A stretch of 64,000 bases of DNA from contig CAVXEP010000033.1 of NCBI GenBank assembly GCA_963760795.1, positions 57,192-121,191 on the forward strand, written 5' to 3'. This stretch comes from an uncultured delta proteobacterium. Lineage in GTDB: Bacteria > Desulfobacterota > Binatia > UBA9968. The position numbers and the translations under genes were made by a program. Positions 9,145 through 20,812 of the stretch are shown piece after piece (the stretch's first letter is position 1; every line of letters starts with the position of its first letter). The notes under the pieces were generated by a model. It searched no databases and had not been told where the DNA came from. It worked only from the letters and a program-made list of their open reading frames with translations.

Positions 9145-12100
9145 TTACCGATGCGACCAACCCAGCCGTTCGGCGCAAAAGCGGCTGACGCGCCGCATGC
9201 GCTCGAGATTAATACTATTTGCCCAATCTTCGAACATCGAGTAGGCCACTGGGGTGACCAGTAACGTCAGCAGCAAGCACAGAGTTTGCCCGCCGATAAC
9301 CACAACGGCGACGGCTCGCCGTTCTTCAGCACCGGGGCCGGTGCCGAGGGCAAGCGGCAGCATGCCGGCCACCAGCGCCAGGGTAGTCATCAATATCGGA
9401 CGCAGCCGGTCGCGGTTGGCGCGCATGATGGCGACGAGCCTATCGGCGCCTTCGCCGCGCAGGCGGTTCATATGATCGATCTGCAAGATGGAGTTCTTCT
9501 TGACCACGCCGAAGAGCACGAGTACGCCCAGTGCAGAATAAAGATTGAGCGTATTGCCGGTGAGCCAGAGCGAGAACAACGCAAAGGGAATGGACAGCGG
9601 CAACGACAGCAAAATGGTGAACGGATGGATCGTGCTGTCATACTGCGAAGCGAGAATCATGTACATGAAGATGATGGAGAGCAAAAACGCCCATATGAAC
9701 TGTGTAAATGTTCGCTCCAATTCACGTCCCCGCCCGGAGACGGTGGTGCTGTATTCGGCGGGTAGATTCATTTCGCGAATCGCTCCATTGAGCGCCTGCA
9801 GACGATCGGCGAGGGCGAAACCGGGAGCGATCTGAGCGCGCAGGCTTACCTGGCGCTGACGATCCAACCGGTCGATGCGCGACGCGCTCATGGTCGGTGC
9901 GACCAACACCAGGTTGTCAAGCCGAACCAGACCGGCGCCCGCGCGCGGAACGTAGAGGTGAGAGATGGTTCCGATATCTTCTCGATCGGGCTGCGACAAA
10001 CGCAATTGCACGTCGTATTGCTCGTTGACGGACGGATCGATGAAGCGCGACACTTTCTCGTCACCGCCGACCATTAGACGTAACGCTGAGGCGATGTGCT
10101 CCGTGTCCACGTTGAGGTCGGCGGCGCGCTTGCGATCTATGACCACGCGCAATTCAGGATTGTCGAGCTTGAGCGTCGTATCGGCATCGATGATACCGAG
10201 TTTTTGCGAACGGACGCGCAGTTCTTCGGCATAAACCGCCAGGGTTTGGAGATTCGGACCGCGCAGGACGAAATCGATGTCCCAGTTGCCGCCGCCGATG
10301 TTGAACGACGGCAGGTTGCGCACGGAAGTCCGGAGATCCGTGAATTTTTTCAGCCCCGCGCGGACCTGCTGCATCACGTCGCGTTGCGAAGTGTTGCGCA
10401 AGGCGACCCAGGGTTGACCGTTAAGGGTCTCGCGCCACAAGCGGGTAAAGGAAAAAACTCGTTCTTCGTGGGGCGCGATACGCACATAACAGCCGCCCGT
10501 GCCTACGCCGCTGATAAAGCCTCCGCCGGCATCGCAGAGCATCAGGCGCACTAACGGAATCGCGCGCAGCTCGCTTTCGACGGCTTGCATGATTGCGTCT
10601 ATCGCCGCCAAACTAGTGCCCTGGGGCGCGGTGACGTTGACCTCGAACTCCGCTTCATCCACGTTGCTGGGAATATATTCCTGTTGAACCAGCGTATAGA
10701 GGGGAATCGACGAGAGCACCACGAGTGCCGCGAATATCATGACCGTCATGCGATGCGCCATGGACCACTGCAGCGCGCGCTCGTAATGACGGTCGATCCA
10801 GGCGTAAAATCCTTGGCGTGAATGGGATTCCCCTGCCGCGGGTGCTGCATCCTTGTGCGCGCAGCATGCGCGCGCTCATCATCGGCGTCAGCGTAAACGA
10901 AACCAAAAGACTGACCAGCACGGCCACTGCCGCTGTCAGTCCGAACTGATAGAGAAAACGTCCGGAGATGCTGGACATGAAGGCTACGGGAACGAAAATA
11001 ACGACGAGGCTTAACGTCGTCGCCATGACCGCCATGCCGATTTCGGCGGTCGCGGCGCGGGCCGCCTCGAAGGAGTTCATGCGTTTTTCCTCGACGAATC
11101 GGAAGATATTTTCCAGGACTACGATGGCATCGTCGATGACGATGCCGACCATCAAGACAAGGGCAAGCATGGTCACGCTGTTGAGGGTGAAGCCTAGCGC
11201 CCACATCATGCCAAAGGTCGAGATGACCGAAGCTGGAATGGCCACTGCGCTGATCACTGTCGAGCGCCAATTGCGCATGAAGGCCAACACGACCAAGGTC
11301 GCCAAGATGCTGCCTAAGATCAGGTGCACGTTGATTTCGTGCAGCGCGGCGTAAATGTAGCGCGACTGATCCCGGATGATTTCGGTTTTCACATCGGCCG
11401 GAAGCTGCCGAGCGACCCGCGCGAGGTTTTCTTTTACCGACTCGATGACCGCAATCGTGTTCGCGCCTGATTGGCGTCGCACCTGGAGCTGGACCGTCGG
11501 CACGCCGTTCAATCGCGACAGAGAGCGCTGTTCCTTGGTGCCGTCTTCGGCGCGTCCGATGTCGCGGACGCGAATAGGCGACCCGTTAACGGTACTGATG
11601 ACGAGGTCGTCGAACGCTTTGGGATCCGTGATCCTTCCCATGGTACGCAGCACTTGTTCGCGCGCACCACTGGTCACATTGCCGCCGGGTATATCGGCAT
11701 TCTGGCGTTGGATCGCGTCGCGAACCGCGGTGATTGGAAGCTGGTAGGCGGCTAAACGGTCCGCGTCTATCCAGATGTTGATGGCGCGTTCCAAACCGCC
11801 GACGATGCGCACCTCGCCGACACCGACCGAACGTTCGAGCTGCACCTTGACGATCTTATCGGCGATCTCAGTCAACTCGCGCAGCGATCGATCGCCGGAA
11901 ACAGCTATGGTGAGAATCGGCGAGTCTTCGTTGTTAAACTTGGAAATGACCGGAGGATCGACATCGTCCGGCAAACGATTGAGCACGGTAGCGACCCGAT
12001 CGCGCACGTCCTGAGCGGCAACGTCGATATCGCGGTCGAGATTGAACGTCGCCATAACGAACGAGGTTCCCGGGCCCGATGCGGAACGGAGCTCGTCTAT

Positions 12101-12331
12101 GCCTTCGACCGTGTTGACCACCTCTTCGATCGGCTGTGAAATGATCGTCTCGACTTCCTCAGGGGAGGCGCCGGGCAAGGTGGTGCGGATCGAAACGTTG
12201 GGCAGGTCGACGGATGGAAAGCGGTCTACGCCGAGACGGAAATAACTCGCCACGCCGACGACCACCAGCGCCAGAATGATCATCGAGGCAAAAACCGGGC
12301 GTCTAATGGAAATTTCCGCCAGCTTTTGCAT
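9145..12331 (-). CDS. RND efflux transporter permease (AcrB/AcrD/AcrF family), one frameshift near 10858
   Basis: two overlapping ORFs (10655-12331 and 9145-10761) give N- and C-halves: VGIVIDDAIVVLENI and RLRPILMTT; frames join cleanly around 10858. Confidence 0.92.
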
Positions 12332-13554
12332 CAGTTCACCACGGTCACCGGCTCGCCGGCGACGAGGTTGCCCGGTTGCACGATGACTTGATTGCCGGCA
12401 ACGATACCCTCGGTAACTTCCACCTGTTCGCCGATCCGGCGTCCGGTGCGCACGCGCTTCTCGACAGTTTTTCCCTGCATCACCATGAGAACCTTCTCGA
12501 TCCCGGCAAAAGTAATGATCGAGTTGCGCGGCACCGTGATGATCTCCTGACCCGCTTCGATAACTATGTCCGCCTTGGCGAAGGAACCGGGGCGCAGTGC
12601 GCCCTGGCCGTTGGGCACTTCGGCTTCGATCATCAAAGTTCGGTTGTTCTCGGCGATGGCCGGTGAGAGTCTCGCGACCCTGCCCTGGTATTTGTTGGCA
12701 TCGCTTTCGACGGTGAGATCCACGGTCTGGCCGATGCGGACCAAACCCGCTTCGCGCTCGGAAACTGCTAGGCGCAGCCGTAACGGATCAGTACGCACCA
12801 GAGTTACGACGGGCGCGCCGGCCGGCAGGTATTGGCCGACGGCCGCCTGGCGTTCGCTGACGGCGCCGTCAATGGGCGATACGATGACGGTATCGGCAAG
12901 CTGCTGGCGGGCGATCTCAAGCTCGGAACGGCGCTGCACCAACACCGCCAGGCGATTGCGGACTTCTTCGATTGCGTCTTGATAGCGCCCTTCCGCCACC
13001 GCGAGTTGGGATACGGCGCTGTCGAGCTCTGCGCGCGCGATTAGCTTGCGATCCCAAAGTTCGACCATCCGGTCGTGACTTAGACGGGCTTCTTTGAATA
13101 CCGCCGCAGCTTGGCGGACCAGTGATGTTTGTTCGATATCCACCTTGTCGCTGTTCCCCGACGCAGGCAGTCCCAGCCTGACGCGCGATTGCTGCAGCGC
13201 GGCGTCCGCTTGTTCGACGCGTAAGCGATAGTCGCTTTGATCGATGCGCGCGATGGCTTGACCTTTCTTCACGCGGCTGCCGAGATCGACAGGGATCTCG
13301 CCCAAGCGTCCGACGACCTTCGTGCCCAAAACAAATTGGTCGTCGGCCGCCAATGTGCCGCTGGCGCTGACGACGCGCACGGCTACAGATTGCGCCGCTG
13401 CGACCACTCTTACCTGACGCGACGGCGTGTCGCGTTTGGGCACCGCGGTGGCTGGACTGTCGCCGCCGCAGGCGGCGGCGCCTAGCGAACCGATGACGAA
13501 CACCGCCGCTAGCGCGCGCCGGTTTGTCGACGATCTGAGCTTAAGGAGTTTCAT
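12331..13554 (-). CDS. RND efflux periplasmic adaptor (membrane fusion protein)
   Basis: lipobox-like LGAAAC, VDLGSRVKKGQ, SPIDGAV, LRPGSFA; overlaps the RND start. Confidence 0.93.
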   Translation of the reverse strand: MKLLKLRSSTNRRALAAVFVIGSLGAAACGGDSPATAVPKRDTPSRQVRVVAAAQSVAVRVVSASGTLAADDQFVLGTKVVGRLGEIPVDLGSRVKKGQAIARIDQSDYRLRVEQADAALQQSRVRLGLPASGNSDKVDIEQTSLVRQAAAVFKEARLSHDRMVELWDRKLIARAELDSAVSQLAVAEGRYQDAIEEVRNRLAVLVQRRSELEIARQQLADTVIVSPIDGAVSERQAAVGQYLPAGAPVVTLVRTDPLRLRLAVSEREAGLVRIGQTVDLTVESDANKYQGRVARLSPAIAENNRTLMIEAEVPNGQGALRPGSFAKADIVIEAGQEIITVPRNSIITFAGIEKVLMVMQGKTVEKRVRTGRRIGEQVEVTEGIVAGNQVIVQPGNLVAGEPVTVVN

Positions 13555-14221
13555 TGCCTTGGGCCTGCCTTCGCTGCGCTAATTCTCGCAGCGCCGCCAA
13601 TGAAAATTCACTGATGTGCTCCACCATGCGCGCGACATCATCAGGGCGGTACTGTTGTTCCGGGTAAAGGCGCACGAGGACAGTGCGAGCATGATGGTAG
13701 TAAACGCACTGGCCCATGATGCTGAGCGCGCAAAATCTCACGTCTTCGTCTGTGGCGCTGGCGCCGAGCAGCAAGCGCACGATGCTCGCCAGTTCGCGAT
13801 GCAGCGGCTGTGCGACTTCTTCGAGCAGCGAATCGAGGGCGCGAGTGGGCTCGATCATCTCGCGGGCGATGATCTTGCTGTGCCATCCGGGACGGCCGGC
13901 ATCGAAGATGCGATGCAAAAGGGAGTGAACGTAGACACGCAGTCGTTCCTCCGCCGTGGCATCGGGGCTCAGTCCGGATCGCGATGGATATTTTATCGCT
14001 TGGGCATCCGGCACCGAGCGCAGCACGGCTTGATAGAGCCTCTCCTTATCGCCGTAGTAATAATTGACCGCGGCGATGTTTGCTCCGGCTTTTTCGCAGA
14101 TCTGCCGCACTGTGGCGGCGCGATAGCCGTATTCGGCGAAAATCTCGCCGGCAGCGTCCAGCACTCGCTTTTCGGTATCTGAACTATCCTCAGAACTGTT
14201 TTTGAGTTGTCGTTTAAACAT
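13541..14221 (-). CDS. TetR/AcrR-family regulator (CecR/YbiH-like)
   Basis: HTH AAGEIFAEYGYRAATVRQICEKAGANIAAVNYYYGDKE; first gene of the efflux operon. Confidence 0.92.
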   Translation of the reverse strand: MFKRQLKNSSEDSSDTEKRVLDAAGEIFAEYGYRAATVRQICEKAGANIAAVNYYYGDKERLYQAVLRSVPDAQAIKYPSRSGLSPDATAEERLRVYVHSLLHRIFDAGRPGWHSKIIAREMIEPTRALDSLLEEVAQPLHRELASIVRLLLGASATDEDVRFCALSIMGQCVYYHHARTVLVRLYPEQQYRPDDVARMVEHISEFSLAALRELAQRRQAQGNETP

Positions 14222-14258
14222 AGGTTTGAAACAATTGTATTAAACAAGTATATGAATA
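14212..14258. promoter_or_regulatory. probable TetR autoregulatory operator array
   Basis: AT-rich ~13-bp periodic TTTAAACATAGG-TTTGAAACAATTG-TATTAAACAAGTA with internal inverted symmetry, overlapping the TetR start codon. Confidence 0.5.
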
Positions 14259-14452
14259 GCAATTAAAGCTACGTGAATTTTTTAACTAGCTATAAAATAT
14301 AAGAAAAATTGGAATGCTAGATTTGAAACGGGCCAGCATAGCAACCTTGGTTGACTTGTTCAGCAGGCTCGCGAGTGCCGAGGCGTACCAGGAAAGTGGA
14401 AAGGGTAAACCGCTCCGGAGGGAAAGTACGGCTGCTCAGAAGGAAGGGGGGA

Positions 14453-14483
14453 AGGTAGGGGCGAAAGATTTTCGCCCCTACCT
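14453..14483. repeat. GTAG-type REP palindrome
   Basis: AGGTAGGGGCGAAAGATTTTCGCCCCTACCT just downstream of the DLH gene. Confidence 0.85.
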
Positions 14484-14489
14484 GAAAGT

Positions 14490-15407
14490 TTAAGCTTTCA
14501 AATTTTTATTGAAGTGATCGAGGGTGCGCTGCCAGGCGAGTTTGGCGGCGGCCTCATTGAAGCGCGGCGTGGTGTCGTTGTGAAAGCCGTGATTCGTTCC
14601 GGGATAAACATGGGCCTCGTACTTGATGCCATTCGCTTTGAGGGCGGTTTCGTACTCCGGCCACCTGCCGTTGATATTGGGGTCGGTCTCGGCAAAGTTA
14701 AGCAGCAGCGCCGCTTTAATCTTCGGCACGTCACCTACGGCTGGTGCAGCACCATAGAAGGGAACTCCTGCGGCCAACTGCGGCATCTGTACGGCCAATC
14801 TATTGACCACAGCGCCGCCAAAGCAGAAACCGACCGCGCCGAGTTTTCCGGTGGAATTCGGATGTTTCAGCAGGAACTCCGCGGCGGCGACGAAGTCTTC
14901 GGCGATCTTGGCGCCGTCCAATTGCTTCTGCATGCCGAGCGCTTTTTCGTCGGCTTCGGCGCCGTATTTGTCGACACTCGGATAGCCGCCCAACGGCCAG
15001 ATCGCATCCGGTGCCAGAGCCATGAATCCGCTAGCGGCCAAGCGCCGGGCAACGTCTTCGATATAGGGGTTCAAGCCACGGTTTTCATGAATCACCACCA
15101 CGACAGGGAATTTGTCGCCGGAAGCCGGCCGCGCCAGCAAGCCGCGCATTTTTCCATCCGCGGCGTTGCCCTTCGGCGACGGGTAAAAAGTGTACTCGGC
15201 TTTGATGCGCTTGTCGTCTTTCGGTACTTGCTGTGCCAGCGCGTAATTGGGCCGGAGCGACTCCCATAATCCCATCGCGGTCATGCCGCCGACAGCGAAT
15301 TTCGCCGCGCCATCTAAGAATTCGCGCCGGTTAATGCCGCCATGCACATATTTGTGAAATAGGCTGAGTAGCTGCGGATCGAATTCGCTGGCAGTTTTTC
15401 TTTCCAT
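14490..15407 (-). CDS. dienelactone hydrolase family protein (YghX-like)
   Basis: NRREFL Tat-like motif, IHENRGLNP, GFCFGG nucleophile Cys, HGFHNDTTPR. Confidence 0.93.
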   Translation of the reverse strand: MERKTASEFDPQLLSLFHKYVHGGINRREFLDGAAKFAVGGMTAMGLWESLRPNYALAQQVPKDDKRIKAEYTFYPSPKGNAADGKMRGLLARPASGDKFPVVVVIHENRGLNPYIEDVARRLAASGFMALAPDAIWPLGGYPSVDKYGAEADEKALGMQKQLDGAKIAEDFVAAAEFLLKHPNSTGKLGAVGFCFGGAVVNRLAVQMPQLAAGVPFYGAAPAVGDVPKIKAALLLNFAETDPNINGRWPEYETALKANGIKYEAHVYPGTNHGFHNDTTPRFNEAAAKLAWQRTLDHFNKNLKA

Positions 15408-15539
15408 AGGTAAGCTCCTTTGGTTTGGGTCAATTCGCGAGGAGGCTAGCGCAAAAGCGATATTTGGTCAATTGCGTAATTCATAGTTTTACCGTCGAGC
15501 CGCAGCTGGTGGACCTCCATGATTTGCTGCTCCGTTTGT

Positions 15540-16459
<920 letters not shown>

Positions 16460-16611
16460 AAAAAGCTCCTTTTGGGGGGAATTGGCGAGGAGGCTAGCGT
16501 AAATATGACGATCGGTCAATTGCGATTTTGACCATGGATCTATGCCTGCCGCGTTAGCTGAAAGCGCGGCAAGGACTTGATATCATTCGATGAATGATTC
16601 AGAAAAGATCG

Positions 16612-17035
16612 ATGCCGCGATCACCCGAGCAAGAAGCTCTGCGACGGCCGTTGTTGGAACTCCACGATGCGCTGCTGCGCTTGCACAAAGTCTTGCTTGA
16701 ATCCGAGCGGGTGGTTTACGAAAGGGATGTCGAGCCGATTCGCTCGCCGAACCATTTCTTCCAGCTTCTCACCAGCGATCCATGGTTCGCCTGGCTGCGG
16801 CCGATTTCCCAGCTGATCGTGGCTATCGACGAAACTCTCGATGATGATAAGGAAGGGCTCACGAGTGCCAGCGTCGACGCGGTCATGCGACAGGCGGTTT
16901 TCTTACTGATCCCGGCGCGAGAACGGCGGCGAGTTTGGCGAGCGTTACGTCGCGGCGTTGCAACGCGATCCGCGCGTAGTCCTCGCCCATGCCCAGGTGG
17001 CCAAGCGGATCGGCTCGGGGACGACAATAATCTGA
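16612..17035 (+). CDS. conserved hypothetical protein, frameshift near 16918
   Basis: LLRLHKVLLESER...DPWFAWLRPISQLIVAIDE continues in another frame as FGERYVAALQRDPRVVLAH. Confidence 0.7.
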
Positions 17036-17126
17036 CCGCTGCGCAGTTCGGGACGACGGGCATCGGCCCTTGCGGCTCCGCCGCGCCGGCTGCGCTGCGG
17101 CGAAATTTTTCCTTTCTGAAAAGCCT

Positions 17127-18746
17127 TCAATCCATTTTCACATCGACGATGACGAACTCGTCGTTCGCTAGCGCTTCTTTGAAAACTGGCGTTAGCTGCT
17201 CTTTCTTGGTCACCGTGTAGCCTTTGGCGCCGTAGAGGTCGGCGAGCTTGGCTAGATCCGGAATGAACAGTTCGGTGCCGATGATGCGGCCGCCGTAGTT
17301 GTTTTGCTGGTCGCGCTTCATGCCGCCGTAGGCGTTGTTGTGCAGGATCAGCACCATCACCGGAATATTATGATAGCGCGCGGTGGCGAGCTCTTGTTGT
17401 TCCATCATGAACGAGCCATCGCCGGTGACACAAATGACGCGGGCGTCGGGGCGGCCGATCTTGACGCCGAAGGCGGTTGCCAGGGCGGTGCCGATGGCGC
17501 GAAACTCGCCGGCATGGATGATCGGTACCTTGGAGTCGATGTTGCGCAGGGTGTCGCCGGTCATGCCCGATGTCGTGAGGATTTCATTGCCGGTGAGCAG
17601 CTCGTCGAGGGCTCTTAGCACCGACGCGTAAGTTAAATTGCTCTTGTCGATCTGCGCGTCAACTTCTTGACGCCAAGCTGCCTTGGCTTTTTGGATCGCT
17701 GGGGTTCGGTCGCTGGGCGCCTTTGGCTGGCGCGCTTTCACGCCGTCGATGATCGCGCGCAGGGCGCTCTTGGCGTCGGCTTGAATGGCGAGCTCGGCTG
17801 GATAGATGCGGCCGAACTGTTCCGGGTCGGTGTCGATGTGAATGATCCGAGCTTGCTCCGGCATCGTTTTGTGGCCAAACCCGAGGGTCGTGCCTTCGCT
17901 GAAACTGGTGCCGACGGCGAGCACCAGATCGGCTTCCTGAAAAAACCGCCGGGCATACATGCGGCCGCCGTTGCCGAGGCAGCCGAGGGCGAGCGGATGC
18001 TTTTCCGGAAATACGCCTTTGGCGGTGTAGCTGCTAGCCACCGGCAGCGCTAACAGTTCCGCCAGTTCTTTGACTTCGTCCTGCGCCTGGGCCCAATCGA
18101 CGCCGGTGCCGGCGAGCACGACCGGCGCGCGGGCGCCAAGCAGTAGATCAACGGCTGTGTTGACCGTGCGTGCGTCCACCGCAGGCGCGGCGGGATTCGC
18201 CGAGGCGGCAAAGGAAATCGGTTCGGGCAAGTGGGTTTCCTGCAAATCTTCAGGGATGCAGAAAAACACCGGTCCTTGGCGGCCGCGCGTGGTTTGACGA
18301 AACAAGGAGTCGAGCACCGAACCAAGTTCTTCGATTCGTCCCAAACGTGCGCTCTGCTTGGTGATCGGTTGGAACAAACGCACATGCTCCATGCCATGCC
18401 ACGAGGCCCAATGGCCTTTGGCGAACGACGCCGTGCCGATGTCCGACGAGATGACAAACAGCGGCACCGCTTCTTTGTACGCCTGGGCGACCGCGGTGAC
18501 GATATTGGTCGCGCCGCCGCCGGCCGAAACCAAGCACACCGCCGGCTGTTTGGTCGCCCGGGCGTAGCCGAGCGCCATGTTGCCGGCGCCCCCCTCGTGC
18601 TGGGCGTTGATGAAGCGCAGTTCCGGCCGCTTGGCGATGGCGTCGCCGAAGGGGAAAAGCGTATGGGCGAGCACGCCGAAAATGCGGCGCACGTTTTGCG
18701 CAATCAAGTAGTCGACGACGGTCTCGGCGAGATTAGGTCCAGTCAT
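17127..18746 (-). CDS. thiamine pyrophosphate-binding enzyme (acetolactate synthase-like superfamily)
   Basis: HEGGAGNMA, GDGSFMM...HNNAYG ThDP motif, 539 aa. Confidence 0.92.
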   Translation of the reverse strand: MTGPNLAETVVDYLIAQNVRRIFGVLAHTLFPFGDAIAKRPELRFINAQHEGGAGNMALGYARATKQPAVCLVSAGGGATNIVTAVAQAYKEAVPLFVISSDIGTASFAKGHWASWHGMEHVRLFQPITKQSARLGRIEELGSVLDSLFRQTTRGRQGPVFFCIPEDLQETHLPEPISFAASANPAAPAVDARTVNTAVDLLLGARAPVVLAGTGVDWAQAQDEVKELAELLALPVASSYTAKGVFPEKHPLALGCLGNGGRMYARRFFQEADLVLAVGTSFSEGTTLGFGHKTMPEQARIIHIDTDPEQFGRIYPAELAIQADAKSALRAIIDGVKARQPKAPSDRTPAIQKAKAAWRQEVDAQIDKSNLTYASVLRALDELLTGNEILTTSGMTGDTLRNIDSKVPIIHAGEFRAIGTALATAFGVKIGRPDARVICVTGDGSFMMEQQELATARYHNIPVMVLILHNNAYGGMKRDQQNNYGGRIIGTELFIPDLAKLADLYGAKGYTVTKKEQLTPVFKEALANDEFVIVDVKMD

Positions 18747-18990
18747 TTGAGTTGGCTCCTTTTAGTCGATAGGCCTGCTTAGTTCAGCTACCGCGAAAAA
18801 GCAATGGTCGTCGACCCTTAGCCGCCTTCCGACGGTGCCCATGTCTGGCGACGTTCAGGATAATTTTACGTTCACGGACGTATCCGGTCGTGCTATCATG
18901 GGCGCAATCAGAGCGGCGCCGGAACAGTGTACCGATTATTCCAAACGGCGCCTAAACTAATCCCTCACGGGATGCAGACGAGGTATAGCC

Positions 18991-19366
18991 ATGGAATCGA
19001 CAGTACAGAACTTTTGCCAATGTCGTGATCGTGCAGGTTGAAGGCCGAGTCGATCACAGCACGGCGCCGGCATTTGGCAGCGTGCTTCTGCCCCATGTCG
19101 AAGGTTGCGTGGGGGAAGACAAAAAACTGCTGGTGGACTTGAGCAAAGTCAACTACATGAGCAGCGCTGGGCTGCGCGTCCTGATGATCGCGGCCAAGGG
19201 GTGCCGTAAGCAAGAGGGCAAAGTGGTGCTGGCCGGCTTACAACCGAGTGTCCGGGAAGTTTTCAAGATCGGCCGTTTCGACATGGTCTTGGATACTTAT
19301 CCGACCGTTCGCGACGCACTCGCGGCGATCTCGCCGGCCGCCGCGGCGATCTATGTCGACCGTTAG
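18991..19366 (+). CDS. STAS-domain anti-sigma factor antagonist (RsbV/SpoIIAA-like)
   Basis: DLSKVNYMSSAGLRVL with phospho-Ser motif; real start probably ATG 18991 (GAGG RBS) with one extra T near 19012; the ORF track starts at 19025. Confidence 0.92.
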
Positions 19367-19369
19367 TGT

Positions 19370-19823
19370 ATGCAGGATCTAGCGAGTATCGAAGCGCACC
19401 GAGGCGCTCACCATCGATGCGGTGGCGCAGTGCACCGAGTTTGCCAGTGCGCAAGCGCGCCAGGCAGGGTTTGCCGCGGCGCGGGTGGACGAAATTGAAC
19501 TGGTGGTCGAAGAAGTGGTGGCGAATATTTGCCATTACAGTTACGGCGATCGCCTGGGCAATGTCGAGCTTGCTTGCCGGCTGATCCATGGTCCCATGCT
19601 GGAGCTGGAGTTCGTCGACGCTGGGCAGCCGTTCGATATGCTCAGCATGCCTGAGCCGGATCTCGCCGTCGATATCGATCGACGCGGTTTGGGCGGCGTC
19701 GGGGTGCCAATGATGCGCGCGCTGGTCGACCGCGCGAGTTACCGGCGCGAAGGCGAACGTAACGTGCTCTGCCTGGCATTTCATTCTGCCTGTCGTCTGG
19801 GCGGCTCGTCACAAGTGGCTTGA
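19370..19823 (+). CDS. anti-sigma factor / Ser kinase (RsbW-like HATPase_c)
   Basis: ELVVEEVVANICHYSY, DAGQPFD, GGVGVPMMRALVD; N-terminal frameshift between 19370 and 19422. Confidence 0.9.
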
Positions 19824-19845
19824 ATCAGGGGCACGGATAGATCCT

Positions 19846-20808
19846 ATGCGCATCCGATTCTGGGGCACCCGCGGTTCGCTGCCGACCGCCACCGAAGGTG
19901 CGGCCATCCGCGACAAGATCAAACGAGCTCTGCTAAAAGCCGCCGGCCGCGAATTCGCTGGCGAAGCGGAGCTTGACCGGTTCATCGATACCGAGTTGGA
20001 ATTCCCTGTGTGCGCGAGCTACGGCGGAAACACCTCATGTGTCGAAATCGTTGGCGGCGATCATTACACCGTTTGTGACATGGGCTCGGGACTGCGCCGC
20101 TTCGGTCAACAAGTGGTGGCGCAACATGGACCGCGCCGGCCGCAAGTCTATAATTTCTTCATGTCTCATGTGCATTGGGACCACATCATGGGGTTTCCAT
20201 TTTTCCCGCCGGCTTACATTGCCGGCAATACCATACGAATTCACGGCAGCCACCCGCTCGCCGTGCTCGAAGAAGCTTTTCGGCGCCAGCAGTCCGATCC
20301 CTGTTTCCCGGTGCATTGGGACCAGTTACGCGCGAACATCAGCTTTGTCCCGCTGGCGGTGGATCGCTGGCACGAGATCGACGGTCTGCGCGTCAAAGCG
20401 AAGCTGCAACCCCATCCCGGCGATTCCTACGGTTATCGTTTCGAAAAAGCTGGCCGGAGTATGATCTACTCGACCGACGGCGAGCATAAGCTCAAGTCGG
20501 AGAGCGAAACCGCGGCGATGGTGGAATTTTACCGCGACGCCGATTTGCTAGTGTTCGATTCGATGTATTCGCTGAATGAGATGATGGATTCCAAGTCTGA
20601 CTGGGGCCACTCGAGCAACATCGTCGGCGTCGACTTATGTTTGCGCGCCCAGGTCAAACACTATTGCATGTTCCACCATGAGCCGTCTCACAACGACGAT
20701 ACCATCCACGAGGTCCTCGGCGAAACCCGACGCTACGCCGAAATCGCCGGTGAAAATCATTCTCTCCAAGTCTCGACAGCCTACGATGGCTTAGTCATCG
20801 ATCTGTAA
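19846..20808 (+). CDS. MBL-fold metallo-hydrolase (phosphodiesterase/RNase Z-like)
   Basis: MRIRFWGTRGS, YGGNTSCVE, SHVHWDH, HPGDSYGY, WGHS, FHHEP. Confidence 0.9.
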   Translation: MRIRFWGTRGSLPTATEGAAIRDKIKRALLKAAGREFAGEAELDRFIDTELEFPVCASYGGNTSCVEIVGGDHYTVCDMGSGLRRFGQQVVAQHGPRRPQVYNFFMSHVHWDHIMGFPFFPPAYIAGNTIRIHGSHPLAVLEEAFRRQQSDPCFPVHWDQLRANISFVPLAVDRWHEIDGLRVKAKLQPHPGDSYGYRFEKAGRSMIYSTDGEHKLKSESETAAMVEFYRDADLLVFDSMYSLNEMMDSKSDWGHSSNIVGVDLCLRAQVKHYCMFHHEPSHNDDTIHEVLGETRRYAEIAGENHSLQVSTAYDGLVIDL

Positions 20809-20812
20809 ATTC

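Noticed and set aside
14355-14445. Possible structured RNA (CAGCAGGCTCGCGAG...GTACGGCTGCTCAGAAGG)
   Set aside because: Only weak terminal complementarity; more likely a degenerate intergenic repeat next to a REP.
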